A stretch of DNA of 61,063 nt, taken from assembly GCA_015486845.1 (NCBI GenBank), contig WFQU01000049.1:1-61063 (forward strand), given 5' to 3'. Shown here in pieces: positions 49,810 through 61,063 of the stretch (positions within the stretch are counted from its first letter, which is position 1; each line of letters starts with the position of its first letter). Under the pieces are notes generated by a model, which saw only the letters and a list, made by a program, of their open reading frames with translations, was not told the DNA's origin and searched no databases. This DNA comes from Anaerolineae bacterium. GTDB taxonomy: Bacteria; Chloroflexota; Anaerolineae; JAADDB01. Made by a program: the position numbers and the translations under genes.

Positions 49810-50826
49810 ATGTCTCTTCGTTCTTACATTATAACGCGGATTTTGATGACTATTCCGATGTTGCTGGTGTTGGTGACATTGGTCTTTTTTATCCTGCGCG
49901 TCATGCCTGGCGATCCTGTTTTGGCCATGATGAGGCCGGGAACGCCGAAAGCATATTTGAACGAATTGCGCCACGAAATGGGTCTGGACAAGCCGATCAT
50001 GGTGCAATACGTGGATTACTTGTGGGATTTGGCGCGTGGCCGCTTAGGTACCTCTTTAGCGCCCGTGCGGGGGCGTCCTGTGGCTAAGGATTTGTGGGCG
50101 AAATTCCCGGCCACGTTAGAACTCTCCCTGACCTCTTTCCTGATCACTATTATTGTTGGCGTGTCTACCGGCGCCTACGCTGCTTATAAACGGCGTAGCG
50201 CTGCTGATTATACATTCCGTCTTTATAGCATTATTATTTATGCTATTCCGGTTTTTTGGTTAGGCTTGATGTTTCAGCTTATTTTCGGCGTTTATTTGCA
50301 CTGGCTACCTGTCGCCGGCCGTATCGATGACCTGGCCTTAGCGCCGAAGACCATCACCGGCATGTATTTGCTGGATAGTGTTTTAACCGGAAACTGGCCC
50401 AGCTTTGTCAATGCAGCTAAGCATTTGATTTTGCCCTCGGTAACCTTGGGACTTTACCTTTCTGGTATTTTTACCCGTTTAACGAGATCAAACATGCTCA
50501 ACTCGTTGCGCCAGGATTTTGTGACGGCGGCCCGGGCCAGGGGAATTTCGGAGAACCGGGTTGTTGTGCGCCACGCCTTGAAAAATGCGTTCATCCCTAT
50601 TTTGACCATGATGGGGTTGCAATTCGCGCTGCTTTTAGCCGGCGCGGTTTTGACCGAAAGCACCTTTTCTTGGCCCGGCTTGGGACGTTTTTTGGTAGAG
50701 CGCATCGGCTACCGGGATTTTCCTTCTATTCAAGGGACGGTTGCTTTCTTTGCTATCCTGGTGGCAGTTGTGAGTTTGTTGGTTGATATTTTATATGCTT
50801 ATTTAGATCCGCGCATCCGGTATTGA
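49810..50826 (+). CDS. Peptide ABC permease (DppB-like)
   Basis: MPGDP, GLDKP, FPATLEL, ARARG..E, YAYLDPRIRY. Confidence 0.93.
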   Translation: MSLRSYIITRILMTIPMLLVLVTLVFFILRVMPGDPVLAMMRPGTPKAYLNELRHEMGLDKPIMVQYVDYLWDLARGRLGTSLAPVRGRPVAKDLWAKFPATLELSLTSFLITIIVGVSTGAYAAYKRRSAADYTFRLYSIIIYAIPVFWLGLMFQLIFGVYLHWLPVAGRIDDLALAPKTITGMYLLDSVLTGNWPSFVNAAKHLILPSVTLGLYLSGIFTRLTRSNMLNSLRQDFVTAARARGISENRVVVRHALKNAFIPILTMMGLQFALLLAGAVLTESTFSWPGLGRFLVERIGYRDFPSIQGTVAFFAILVAVVSLLVDILYAYLDPRIRY

Positions 50827-50841
50827 TGAGGAGGGCATAGG

Positions 50842-51990
50842 TTGAACGATTGGGAACAAGTTGGACTGATTGCTCGTTTTTTGCGCGGGCGAAAATGGTA
50901 TGGTAGTGAGTGGTATATCACTGTAGCTGGGGCATTCATTTTGTTCATCGTGATTTCCAGCACGCTATTAGCCCCGCTCCTGGCTCCCTATAACCCGATC
51001 AAGCCGGCCGGCGGACGTTTCGAGGAACCGGGTGCGGGCAAAACGGTTATTGTGGTAGCGACTGGCACGACGAACATCACCAAGCCAGCAGATCTGGCCG
51101 GCCAAAAAGTCGCCGCGAAAGCGCATTCGACCGGTTCTGTCCGAGCCGAAGCGTTGAAGGCCGATGTTTATCCCGCTTTGAGCGTGAAAAAAGCGCTGGA
51201 TTCTTTAGCTGCGGGGAACGTTAGAGCGGTACTGTTGACGACTCAAGAAGCGCAAAAGCTATTGCCTGCTTATCAGGGCGCGCTGAAAACAGTAGGAAAA
51301 CCGTTTGGGATCACCTTTTATATGGGTACGGATAATTTAGGCCGGGATATTTGGAGCCGCATTATTTGGGGCGCTCGGGGGATTTTGTTGGTTGCTATTT
51401 TGGCAGCGCTCTTTTCGGCGCTGATCGGCATTCCTTTGGGGCTTATTTCTGGCTATTGGGGCGGCACTGTTGATCGCGTGCTTTCATTGATTATGGATAG
51501 TATTTATGCTTTTCCTGGCCTTATTTTGGCCATTGCCATGGCTGCCATGTTGGGGCCGGGCATCGTCAATATTGCTGTGGCGATTTCGGTTGTCTATATT
51601 CCTACTTATTTTCGTATTACCAGGGGCCAGGTCCTCTCGGTGAAAGAGGAATTATACGTTGAGGCTGCTCACAGCTTGGGGGCCACGGCCAGCACGATTA
51701 TCAAGGCCTACATTTTCCCCAATGTAGTGCCTTCCATCGTGGTGGTGTTTTCTTTGAATATTGCTGACGCTATTCTGACGGAGGCTGGCTTGAGCTTTTT
51801 GGGTTTGGGACTGCCTCCGCCTACGCCGGACTGGGGCTTCGATTTGAACAAAGGGCGGGCTTATTTGCCCCTTGGCTATTGGTGGCCGATTACGTTCCCC
51901 GGCGCCATGATTGCTTTGGTCGCGTTGGGCTTTAGCCTGTTGGGCGAAGGTTTAGGTGAAATTTTGAACCCGCGCTTGCGGGAATCGTAA
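50842..51990 (+). CDS. Peptide ABC permease (DppC-like) with ~90-aa insertion
   Basis: LAPYNP, GTDNLGRDI, YVEAA..LGA, EAGLSFLGLG, LNPRLR. Confidence 0.9.
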   Translation: MNDWEQVGLIARFLRGRKWYGSEWYITVAGAFILFIVISSTLLAPLLAPYNPIKPAGGRFEEPGAGKTVIVVATGTTNITKPADLAGQKVAAKAHSTGSVRAEALKADVYPALSVKKALDSLAAGNVRAVLLTTQEAQKLLPAYQGALKTVGKPFGITFYMGTDNLGRDIWSRIIWGARGILLVAILAALFSALIGIPLGLISGYWGGTVDRVLSLIMDSIYAFPGLILAIAMAAMLGPGIVNIAVAISVVYIPTYFRITRGQVLSVKEELYVEAAHSLGATASTIIKAYIFPNVVPSIVVVFSLNIADAILTEAGLSFLGLGLPPPTPDWGFDLNKGRAYLPLGYWWPITFPGAMIALVALGFSLLGEGLGEILNPRLRES

Positions 51991-52062
51991 AAAATAATAC
52001 CATTGCCCCGGTGAAGTAATATGCGCTGCCGGGGCAGGAATATGCTTTGATGCGGAGGTATT

Positions 52063-53073
52063 TTGGACGAGAGAAAACAGTCGGGGAACGGCATACCTTT
52101 GTTACAATTACGCGATCTGGTCGTGGAATATTATACTCGTTCAGGTGTCGTGCGGGCTGTGGATAGTGTCGATCTGGATATCTACAAAGGAGAGGTCGTT
52201 GGCTTGGTGGGTGAATCGGGCTGCGGCAAATCTACTTTAGGCATGGCATTGCTACGCTTGGTGCGCTCACCTGGAAAAATTACCAGCGGGAAAATTTTGT
52301 TCAAGGGGAAAGATATCCTCACGCTGAGTGAGAACGCGATGAGAGATTTACGGGGCCCAGAAATTTCGATGATCTTTCAGGACCCGATGACTTCATTAGA
52401 TCCGCTACAGCGCATTGACGATCACTTTGTGGAAAGTATTCGCGCCCACGATAAACACATTTCTAAAGAGGACGCGATTAAGCGCGCCGCCGAGCTCTTT
52501 GACTTGTTGGGCATCGCTCCTGATCGCTTGCAGGATTATCCACACCAGTTGAGTGGCGGAATGCGTCAACGGGTTATGATCGGTCTGGCGTTGGCGCTGG
52601 ATGCGGATTTGATCGTTGCTGACGAGCCGACGACCTCGTTGGATGTATTAGTGGAAGCGCAGTTCCTCGATTTGCTCAAAGATTTGCGCCGTCGATACAA
52701 CATGACGTTGATTTTGATTACGCACAATATCGGCATTGTGGCAGAATTGGCAGACCGGGTGGCTGTGATGTATGCCGGGGAAATTGTCGAGCTGGGCGAT
52801 GCGGGGCCACTCTTTGCCGAGCCGTTGCATCCGTATACGGATGCTTTATTAGGATCCGTGCCAAACATTAAGCTTGACGAAGAATTGAAGATTATGGGCG
52901 GCCAGCCGCCGGATCTCTTGGATCCCCCCGCCGGCTGTCGTTTCCATCCGCGCTGCCCTTACGCAATGGATCGCTGTCGTGAGGAAGAACCACCTTGGCA
53001 GGAAATTCAACCGGGACATTGGGCCGCTTGCTGGCTTTACGCTGAGGGGAAAAGGGAGACGCTTCATGGCTGA
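52063..53073 (+). CDS. Peptide ABC ATPase (DppD-like)
   Basis: GESGCGKST, LSGGMRQR, ADEPT, GCRFHPRC. Confidence 0.95.
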   Translation: MDERKQSGNGIPLLQLRDLVVEYYTRSGVVRAVDSVDLDIYKGEVVGLVGESGCGKSTLGMALLRLVRSPGKITSGKILFKGKDILTLSENAMRDLRGPEISMIFQDPMTSLDPLQRIDDHFVESIRAHDKHISKEDAIKRAAELFDLLGIAPDRLQDYPHQLSGGMRQRVMIGLALALDADLIVADEPTTSLDVLVEAQFLDLLKDLRRRYNMTLILITHNIGIVAELADRVAVMYAGEIVELGDAGPLFAEPLHPYTDALLGSVPNIKLDEELKIMGGQPPDLLDPPAGCRFHPRCPYAMDRCREEEPPWQEIQPGHWAACWLYAEGKRETLHG

Positions 53074-54097
53074 ACATTTCATTGCCGTGGAAAACCTGAA
53101 AATGTGGTTTCCAGTGCAACAGGATTTCATAGAAGGACTGTTTTCTCATCAGCGAGAGTTCGTGCGTGCAGTGGATGGTGTTTCTTTCCACATTGATCGC
53201 GGGGAAGTTTTTGGTTTGGCCGGCGAAAGCGGCAGCGGCAAAACAACCACCGGGCGCCTGATCTTGCGGCTATTGGAACCTACTGGGGGGCGCATTGATT
53301 TCGACGGCCGGGATATTACGCATCTTTCGGAAGCCGCCATGCGCCCGCTGCGCCGGCGTATGCAAGTGATCTTTCAAGATCCTAACGCCTCTTTGAATCC
53401 ACGCATGACTATCGGTAAAGCAGTTGGCCACGCGCTGGAAATCCACAATGTGGCCCACGGGGATAAAGCTAAAGAACGTGTTTTGGAGATGCTAACACGG
53501 ATGGGCTTGACGCCGCCGGATCGATACTATCGGCTTTATCCGCACCAGATCAGTGGCGGGCAGCGACAGCGGGTTGTTATGGCGCGAGCGCTTATTTTGC
53601 GTCCTGATTTCCTCGTGGCTGATGAGCCCATCGCCATGGCTGATGTGTCTGTTCGCGCTATGCTCTTAGATTTGTTGCGCCGGCTAAAAGACGATTTTCA
53701 CTTGACCTACCTTTTCATCACACACGATTTGGCAACGGCTAAGTACATTTGTGATCGTATTGCGGTCATGTACCTCGGGCAAATTGTGGAAATCGGCTCG
53801 GTGGATCAAGTGTATAGCAATCCATTGCACCCGTACACTCAGGCTTTGTTAGCAGCCGTGCCGGTACCGGATCCGAAATTCCGGCGCACAGCCCCTATTC
53901 CCAAAGGTGAGATTCCCAATCCGATTCACCCGCCTTCCGGCTGCCGGTTTCATGCTCGTTGTGCTTATGCCCGGGAGCGCTGTCGCACAGAACAGCCATT
54001 GTTGTTGCCTGTGGAAGGCGAGCCGGGGCATTTCGTTTCTTGCCACATGTTCGGAGAAAACGGTTGGAAGCCGGTTGCCCAGGAAGTACAGATTTAA
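53066..54097 (+). CDS. Peptide ABC ATPase (DppF-like)
   Basis: GESGSGKTT, ISGGQRQR, ADEP, GCRFHARC; ATG 53066. Confidence 0.95.
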   Translation: MAEHFIAVENLKMWFPVQQDFIEGLFSHQREFVRAVDGVSFHIDRGEVFGLAGESGSGKTTTGRLILRLLEPTGGRIDFDGRDITHLSEAAMRPLRRRMQVIFQDPNASLNPRMTIGKAVGHALEIHNVAHGDKAKERVLEMLTRMGLTPPDRYYRLYPHQISGGQRQRVVMARALILRPDFLVADEPIAMADVSVRAMLLDLLRRLKDDFHLTYLFITHDLATAKYICDRIAVMYLGQIVEIGSVDQVYSNPLHPYTQALLAAVPVPDPKFRRTAPIPKGEIPNPIHPPSGCRFHARCAYARERCRTEQPLLLPVEGEPGHFVSCHMFGENGWKPVAQEVQI

Positions 54098-54329
54098 CAC
54101 CAAGTCGCAGAAATCGCTGAGGTGCCCAGGAAAATAGCTGGAATCAGCGAATTAGCGTTATATGACTTGTTCAGATGGAGAGGGGACAAAATAAAAGAGC
54201 CCCTAATGTTAATCGATTCGGATCAAATATCTTTGTGTTCTGCCTTAAATTTTTTGGATCGCGGTGAGACTTGCTATCCGTGATTGGTAACGGGAAAGTT
54301 TTTGTGCTAATATTTTGGTAATGGCTCAG

Positions 54330-54450
54330 TCTTCAGTCAAATAGAACGCTGATTACGTAAGTTGCCTGCAGATACCCGCAGATAGATCAGAAAAGATCAA
54401 TAAACAGCAGCGTTTATTGGCAATCTCTGTGTCCTATTGTTGGAGAGGCC
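54330..54450. repeat. Degenerate CGCAGAT/AACGCTGAT module
   Basis: AAATAGAACGCTGAT matches 30302-30316; remainder resembles 6530-6615. Confidence 0.6.
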
Positions 54451-54639
54451 GAGTAATTCACATATTTGGTTAAATAAACTTCCGTCTGAGCTGGGCAAAG
54501 GTACCCCAAGCCTGTATATTTTAGCAGGAAGAAAGCATTATTCAGGAAACAGGAATGATGCCTACTATGATAAAGGCCTACGTCGATGAAAATATGGGAA
54601 TGGCTTCTCTTGCTTTGATAACTGCTTTTTCTCTCTGTG

Positions 54640-54672
54640 AAGAGACACGGTTTCACATCGTGTCTCTTTTTT
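54640..54672 (+). terminator. Intrinsic terminator upstream of pyrG
   Basis: AAGAGACACG / CGTGTCTCTT plus T-tract, 76 nt before the pyrG start. Confidence 0.7.
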
Positions 54673-54745
54673 ATGTCGGTGTATAGCCGTTTTTGCTGTT
54701 TATGCCTTGATGTGGAGCCTTATTCTTGAAACAGGAAGGTTTTAG

Positions 54746-56374
<1,629 letters not shown>

Positions 56375-56483
56375 AAAACCGTGCCGAGAGGATATGATCT
56401 GTGTTTTTCGCATAGCTGAATTGGGCCGTCATAGTTGCGTTGACCACCGGGATGATATTGCTGAACCTTGGCTATCTTTTTTA

Positions 56484-56513
56484 TTGCAGTCTTAGGCTGT
56501 GCTATGTTATAAT
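56484..56513 (+). promoter_or_regulatory. Promoter of the yebC-ruv operon
   Basis: TTGCAG, 18 nt, TATAAT with TGn extension. Confidence 0.65.
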
Positions 56514-56554
56514 GTGAGAAGTTCATATTGCGTCGAGGAAGGGGAGACTGAGAT

Positions 56555-57304
56555 ATGTCTGGACATTCGAAATGGTCTACTATCAAACGGAAAAAGGGGG
56601 CGAACGACGCTAAACGGGGTAAAGTCTTCACGAAAATTGCCCGTGAGATTCAAATTGCGGCCCGCAATGGTGCTGACCCGGACGTCAACTTTCGTTTGCG
56701 CTTGATCTTGGACAAAGCGCGCGCGGCCAATATGCCTAAAGACAATGTCGAGCGAGCCATCAAACGGGGCGCGGGGCTTGACAAAGAAGCCACTGCGTTG
56801 GAAGAAATTACTTATGAAGGTTATGCACCTCATGGCGTGGCGTTGATGATTCAAGCCCTGACTGATAATCGTAACCGCACGGTGGCCGAGATTCGCCACG
56901 CCTTGACGCGGGCTGGCGGTTCAATGGCAGAACGTGGTTCAGTAGCTTGGCAGTTCGAGGAGAAAGGCGTCATTACTGTTGACATGGGCGATATGGATCA
57001 GGATGATCTGTTCATGATTGCCTTAGAAGCAGGTGCAGAAGATGTTGAATTTAACGACGGCGAGGCCGAGATCACCACAGCGCGAGAGGATTTTCAAGTT
57101 GTTCAGGAGGCTTTAGAACAGGCCAACGTGGAGATTACTGAATCGGAATTGGCCTGGCTGCCTAAAATGTCGGTCTCGTTAGAGCCGTCCGCTGCTGCAC
57201 AGGTTTTGCGCCTCTTGGAGACATTGGAAGACAGCGATGATGTCACGAAGGTCTATTCCGCTTTGGACATTACGGATGAGGCTTTAAGCGTTTTAGAAGC
57301 ATAG
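56555..57304 (+). CDS. yebC: YebC/PmpR family protein
   Basis: MSGHSKWSTIKRKK, NMPKDN, YEGYAP.GV, TDNRNRT. Confidence 0.97.
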   Translation: MSGHSKWSTIKRKKGANDAKRGKVFTKIAREIQIAARNGADPDVNFRLRLILDKARAANMPKDNVERAIKRGAGLDKEATALEEITYEGYAPHGVALMIQALTDNRNRTVAEIRHALTRAGGSMAERGSVAWQFEEKGVITVDMGDMDQDDLFMIALEAGAEDVEFNDGEAEITTAREDFQVVQEALEQANVEITESELAWLPKMSVSLEPSAAAQVLRLLETLEDSDDVTKVYSALDITDEALSVLEA

Positions 57305-57319
57305 CGGCGGGCAGAAATC

Positions 57320-57826
57320 GTGGTTGTTTTGGGTATCGACCCGGGCGTGGGACGTACTGGTTATGGCTTAGTGCAGCAAGAGGGAAGTGGAGATATTCGA
57401 GCCATCGCCTACGGTGTCATTGAGACTGCTGTGGGAATGCCATTGCCGGCCCGATTGCGTTCTTTGTACGAACAATTGCAGCAGCTCTATGCTCGCTATC
57501 GACCGGATGAAATGGCTGTTGAAGAGCTGTTTTTCAGCCGGAATGTGACAACGGCCATTGCAGTGGGGGAAGCGCGAGGCGTTGTTTTGCTTTTTGCCGC
57601 CTTAGCCGACTTGCCACTTTATAATTATAAGCCGGCAGAAGTCAAGCAGGCAGTGGTTGGTGTAGGTAATGCCAGCAAGCATCAGGTCCAAGAGATGGTG
57701 CGCATGCAATTAGATTTAGAGGAACTGCCGCGGCCAGATGATGCTGCGGATGCTTTGGCTATTGCGATTTGTCATGTGAGTGGATCTACTTTTCGTTCTC
57801 GAGTGCGTGATTCGTGGCAAAATTGA
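57320..57826 (+). CDS. ruvC: Holliday junction resolvase
   Basis: LGIDPG, AVEELFF, PDDAADALAIAICH. Confidence 0.97.
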   Translation: MVVLGIDPGVGRTGYGLVQQEGSGDIRAIAYGVIETAVGMPLPARLRSLYEQLQQLYARYRPDEMAVEELFFSRNVTTAIAVGEARGVVLLFAALADLPLYNYKPAEVKQAVVGVGNASKHQVQEMVRMQLDLEELPRPDDAADALAIAICHVSGSTFRSRVRDSWQN

Positions 57827-57844
57827 TCAAAAGAAGGGGGTACA

Positions 57845-58594
57845 ATGGACCAACCAGCTAACAATGTCGTTCCTAATGAGGAGCCCAAGAAGATGATGGG
57901 TTATGCTTGGCGGGTTTTGATCGCCGAAGACGAGAAAAATCTACGTGATTTGCTCTCGCTCTCGTTGAGCAAAACTGGCTATGTCGTCAAAGCTGTGGCT
58001 GACGGTGTCGAACTGTTAGAGGAAGTTAAGGAGTTCAAGCCGGACATCATTTTGCTAGATATTATGATGCCACGCATGGATGGATTTGCTGCTTTGCAGA
58101 AAATCCGCCGTTCTTCTGATGTCCCGGTGGCCATGCTGACTGCTTTGGGTAATGTCGAAGATGTCGTGACTGGTTTCGAGCTTGGCGCTGATGACTACAT
58201 CACAAAGCCTTTTACTTTCAAGGAAGTCCGTGTGCGTTTAGAAGCTATTATGCGGCGTATTGCTTGGGCTAAAAATCCTCCGACGCCCATGGCAGTCACT
58301 ATTGGCGATGTCACATTGGATAACGAGACGCATGAGGTCAGGTTGCGCGGCAAAACGGTTGAATTGACGCCCATTGAATTCCAGTTATTGCAATATCTAA
58401 TGGCTCACCCGGGACAACCTGTTTCTAAAGAAACACTGTTTCGTGATGTTTGGGGCTACGAGTTTGTGGGTGGAACAAATTTAGTCGAAGTGGGTATTCG
58501 TCGCCTGCGCACGAAGATCGAAGAAGAGCCATCTCGACCGTATTACATCCGCACTGTACGTGGCGTGGGCTATAAATTCCAGGTGCCTGATTAA
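57845..58594 (+). CDS. OmpR-family response regulator
   Basis: AEDE, LLDIMMP, GADDYITKPF, LTPIEF, IRTVRGVGY. Confidence 0.95.
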   Translation: MDQPANNVVPNEEPKKMMGYAWRVLIAEDEKNLRDLLSLSLSKTGYVVKAVADGVELLEEVKEFKPDIILLDIMMPRMDGFAALQKIRRSSDVPVAMLTALGNVEDVVTGFELGADDYITKPFTFKEVRVRLEAIMRRIAWAKNPPTPMAVTIGDVTLDNETHEVRLRGKTVELTPIEFQLLQYLMAHPGQPVSKETLFRDVWGYEFVGGTNLVEVGIRRLRTKIEEEPSRPYYIRTVRGVGYKFQVPD

Positions 58595-59167
58595 ATGCTT
58601 GCTCGCGTCCAGGGGAACATTGCTGGCAAAGATGACGATCGTTTGTTGGTGGCTTTAGGTCCCATCGCGATAGATGTCTTTGTGCCCGAGCCTTTATGGA
58701 CGGCGTCCCGTGTCGGGGACAAAGTTACCCTTTATACCCATTTGCATGTGAGAGAGAACGGTCTGTCGCTCTTCGGCTTTGCAACGGTCGAAGAGCGCTC
58801 TTTTTTTCGACTTCTGTTGGCTGTGTCTGGCGTGGGACCCAAGTTAGCCTTGACTGTTCTTTCTGTGCTGTCCCCTGCCGCTTTATTGCGTGCCATTCAG
58901 CAAGAAACGCCCGAAGTCTTGACCCGTGTGCCTGGCATTGGCAAAAAGAGCGCTGAGAAAATTGTGTTTACCTTGAAAGATAAATTGCCAGGTGGGGGAG
59001 AGCCCGTGCCGATTTCTGCCTTGGATGAAATTGACATGGAAGTGGTCGAGGCGTTGGTGACATTGGGTTACAGCGTCGTAGAGGCGCAACGGGCCGTACA
59101 AGGTTTACCTGATGACCTCACAACGGTGGAGGATCGTTTGCGGGCGGCGTTGAGTCGGCTGGCATAA
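58595..59167 (+). CDS. ruvA: Holliday junction branch-migration protein
   Basis: LYTHLHVRE, VSGVGPKLAL, VPGIGKKSAE, ALVTLGY. Confidence 0.96.
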   Translation: MLARVQGNIAGKDDDRLLVALGPIAIDVFVPEPLWTASRVGDKVTLYTHLHVRENGLSLFGFATVEERSFFRLLLAVSGVGPKLALTVLSVLSPAALLRAIQQETPEVLTRVPGIGKKSAEKIVFTLKDKLPGGGEPVPISALDEIDMEVVEALVTLGYSVVEAQRAVQGLPDDLTTVEDRLRAALSRLA

Positions 59168-59193
59168 AAGTGCAGAGAGCGTGATCTGAATTA

Positions 59194-59820
59194 ATGACAG
59201 GAAAAGTAACTGTGATCGGTGTGGCTGGTGGCACCGGTTCGGGCAAAACGACGGTTTCTCAACGTATTTTGGAATCTGTGGGCCGAGATCGGATTGCTTA
59301 CCTCCCCCACGACGCTTATTACTATGACTTGAGTGCTTTGCCTTTTTCTGAGCGGGCCAAGCGTAATTTCGATCACCCTGACGCGCTGGAGAATGATTTG
59401 TTGCTTAAGCATTTGCACGCGTTGCGCCATGGCGAAAGTGTGCAGATGCCGGTCTACGATTTCAAGACACATACCCGCCGGCCGGAGACTGTTTCTGTGG
59501 GCCCGAACCGTCTGGTACTCGTAGAGGGGATACTGATCTTTGTCGACGAGCGTTTGCGCCGATTAATGGACCTCAAAATATTTGTGGATACTGCAGCCGA
59601 TATTCGCTTTATCCGCCGCCTGCAGCGCGATATCAAGGAGCGAGGACGAACCATGTCTTCTGTCATCGAGCAATATTTGGCGACGGTTCGCCCCATGCAC
59701 TTGGAATTCGTGGAGCCCAGTAAGCGCTATGCTGACATTATTATTCCGGAGGGCGGTTTTAATATGGCCGCGCTGGACATGGTAATTGCTCATTTGCGGG
59801 ATATCCTTGCTTCTGGCTGA
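59194..59820 (+). CDS. udk: Uridine kinase
   Basis: AGGTGSGKTT, NFDHPDA, VEGIL, RRLQRD..ERGR. Confidence 0.95.
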   Translation: MTGKVTVIGVAGGTGSGKTTVSQRILESVGRDRIAYLPHDAYYYDLSALPFSERAKRNFDHPDALENDLLLKHLHALRHGESVQMPVYDFKTHTRRPETVSVGPNRLVLVEGILIFVDERLRRLMDLKIFVDTAADIRFIRRLQRDIKERGRTMSSVIEQYLATVRPMHLEFVEPSKRYADIIIPEGGFNMAALDMVIAHLRDILASG

Positions 59821-59835
59821 TGATGCTAAGCTTCT

Positions 59836-60190
59836 CTGTTTTTTTGAAGTCGCTATGAGCATGCGGGCGGCGCACCACGGCGGATGAAAATGCTCTCTGT
59901 CCCTGTGGATTGGGGGGATAGCAGGCTTGAGAAGTAAACCTACGTTGATAGGAATGGCGTTAGTTGGTGACGGCTGGTAATCTGTTTAGTTTTCTTTCTT
60001 GGGAACTAACGCCCGAATCCCGTACCTGAAAAGAGGGGCAGGCCACTGAGGGTATTTTATCCTGTAGGCCTCCTGCAAGTCATTGACCACAGCGCTGTTC
60101 ATCTCGTCTGCCGGATTGTGGTTTTGTGTTCGTTAGAACCGGGCAGTAAGGTACGTTTTTGGGGTTTTTTAGACGCTTTGCGCCTCTACT
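59836..60190. repeat. Degenerate repeat array starting with a right half site
   Basis: GAAGTCGCTATGAGC..GGCGCACCACGGCGGATGAAAAT (59846-59891); TTTTTTAGACGCT matches 32521. Confidence 0.7.
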
Positions 60191-60595
60191 TCAGCTATTT
60201 TCCAAAGGAATGGAACGACGTGCATGTAGTAGATGCGCGGCCTTGGCCTGTTGCCAGAATCGTATAGCTAAGCTATGCCACGGTTCGTCATCAGTTAGGG
60301 TATAAGTCGTTCCATTGGAATTAAGCACTATTTTGAGCAGACCGTGCAGAACAAGATCCATTAAATGGGCTTCTGCCATGGCTTGATCTGCCAAAAAGCG
60401 ATCTGAAAGCTCTCTGGCAGTTATGGGGCGCTCAATGTGCTCCAATACGTACGCCGTCCACTCTGGATTGGATAAGCGTCTTAAAAAGTGAGCAGCAAAA
60501 CCTAACATCTCCAAATCCAGTTTGGCAGTGCCATTTGGTTGGGCAATGCGTGCTAATTCTTGTAGTCGTGCTAAGCTAACTTTACTTGTGCCCAT
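60191..60595 (-). CDS. Hypothetical protein, possible winged helix
   Basis: 134-aa ORF; ITARELS...HLMDLVLHGLL...TYTL pattern. Confidence 0.6.
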   Translation of the reverse strand: MGTSKVSLARLQELARIAQPNGTAKLDLEMLGFAAHFLRRLSNPEWTAYVLEHIERPITARELSDRFLADQAMAEAHLMDLVLHGLLKIVLNSNGTTYTLTDDEPWHSLAIRFWQQAKAAHLLHARRSIPLENS

Positions 60596-60899
60596 CGCAA
60601 TACAAGGTTTCTCCGTTGGAATACTTCGTATATAGTATACCTGTGGTCAAGCTGTGCCACCATGGTACTTTGGGGTACACGCTCTCCGTTAATGGGACCA
60701 TAATTCAAGAGTTTCCTATATTGCTAAAGTTTTTGCAATTTTTACTTTGTTTGATGCGGCAATGTGTGGGTTGATGACGGCAGATGCGTTGGTTAGTTTT
60801 TTTCTTGGGGGCCAGCCCCCGTATTAACTTAAATCCGGACCAGCTATATCAGGTCTTTATTCAGTTTGGTTTTGGTTGGTATTACTCTGACTCTACTGC

Positions 60900-61063
60900 A
60901 AAAAGGTTCACTTCCGAGAGCACAGAGGACGCAGAGAGAGAAATAATAGGATTTTAACGAATATTCTTCTCTGAAAATAAAAATGGGACGCAGATCAACA
61001 CAGGCTGCGCACGCAGATAAAAAACAATGGTCCGGCGATTAGAAATCGCTGCTACAACTGCGA
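60900..61063 (-). repeat. Mosaic repeat array (reverse), cut by the window end
   Basis: Reverse complement of 60965-61032 closely matches 141-207 and ends in TATTTTCAGAGAAG. Confidence 0.88.

Overview
A 61-kb bacterial chromosomal segment. Gene content, Pro/Thr-rich lipoprotein linkers, a C-terminal YLPLV tail and a large SRP RNA suggest Chloroflexota, probably Anaerolineae (inference). It holds about 50 CDS: thiolase/FabG, mutY, envelope-glycan genes (GT2, GT4, two Wzz-like proteins, a CpsD-like protein, sugar-nucleotide enzymes), a GT-C/Tat-oxidoreductase/radical-SAM cluster, a 7TM-PAS-GAF kinase, a peptide ABC transporter, and pyrG-yebC-ruvC-RR-ruvA-udk. It also carries tRNA-Ser(GGA) and a large SRP RNA. 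No transposase, integrase, CRISPR array or phage gene is visible. The most striking signal is non-coding. Most intergenic gaps hold mosaic arrays of about 10 hairpin modules reused in different orders. Modules are joined by a recurring TATTTTCARRGGAG motif, the left half of a ~52-bp bipartite site (TATTTTCA-RRGGAG-TYRKCATGRGCC-NNN-GGCRCACCACAGCGRA-TGAAAA). Several arrays start with the right half just after a stop codon and end with the left half fused to the next gene's Shine-Dalgarno, which suggests a cassette-integration system acting in trans (hypothesis). Protein oddities include a CpsD homologue with all Walker motifs degenerate, a DppC permease with an inserted binding-protein lobe, and an alpha/beta hydrolase lacking its nucleophile. 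All calls come from reading motifs; no database search was run.
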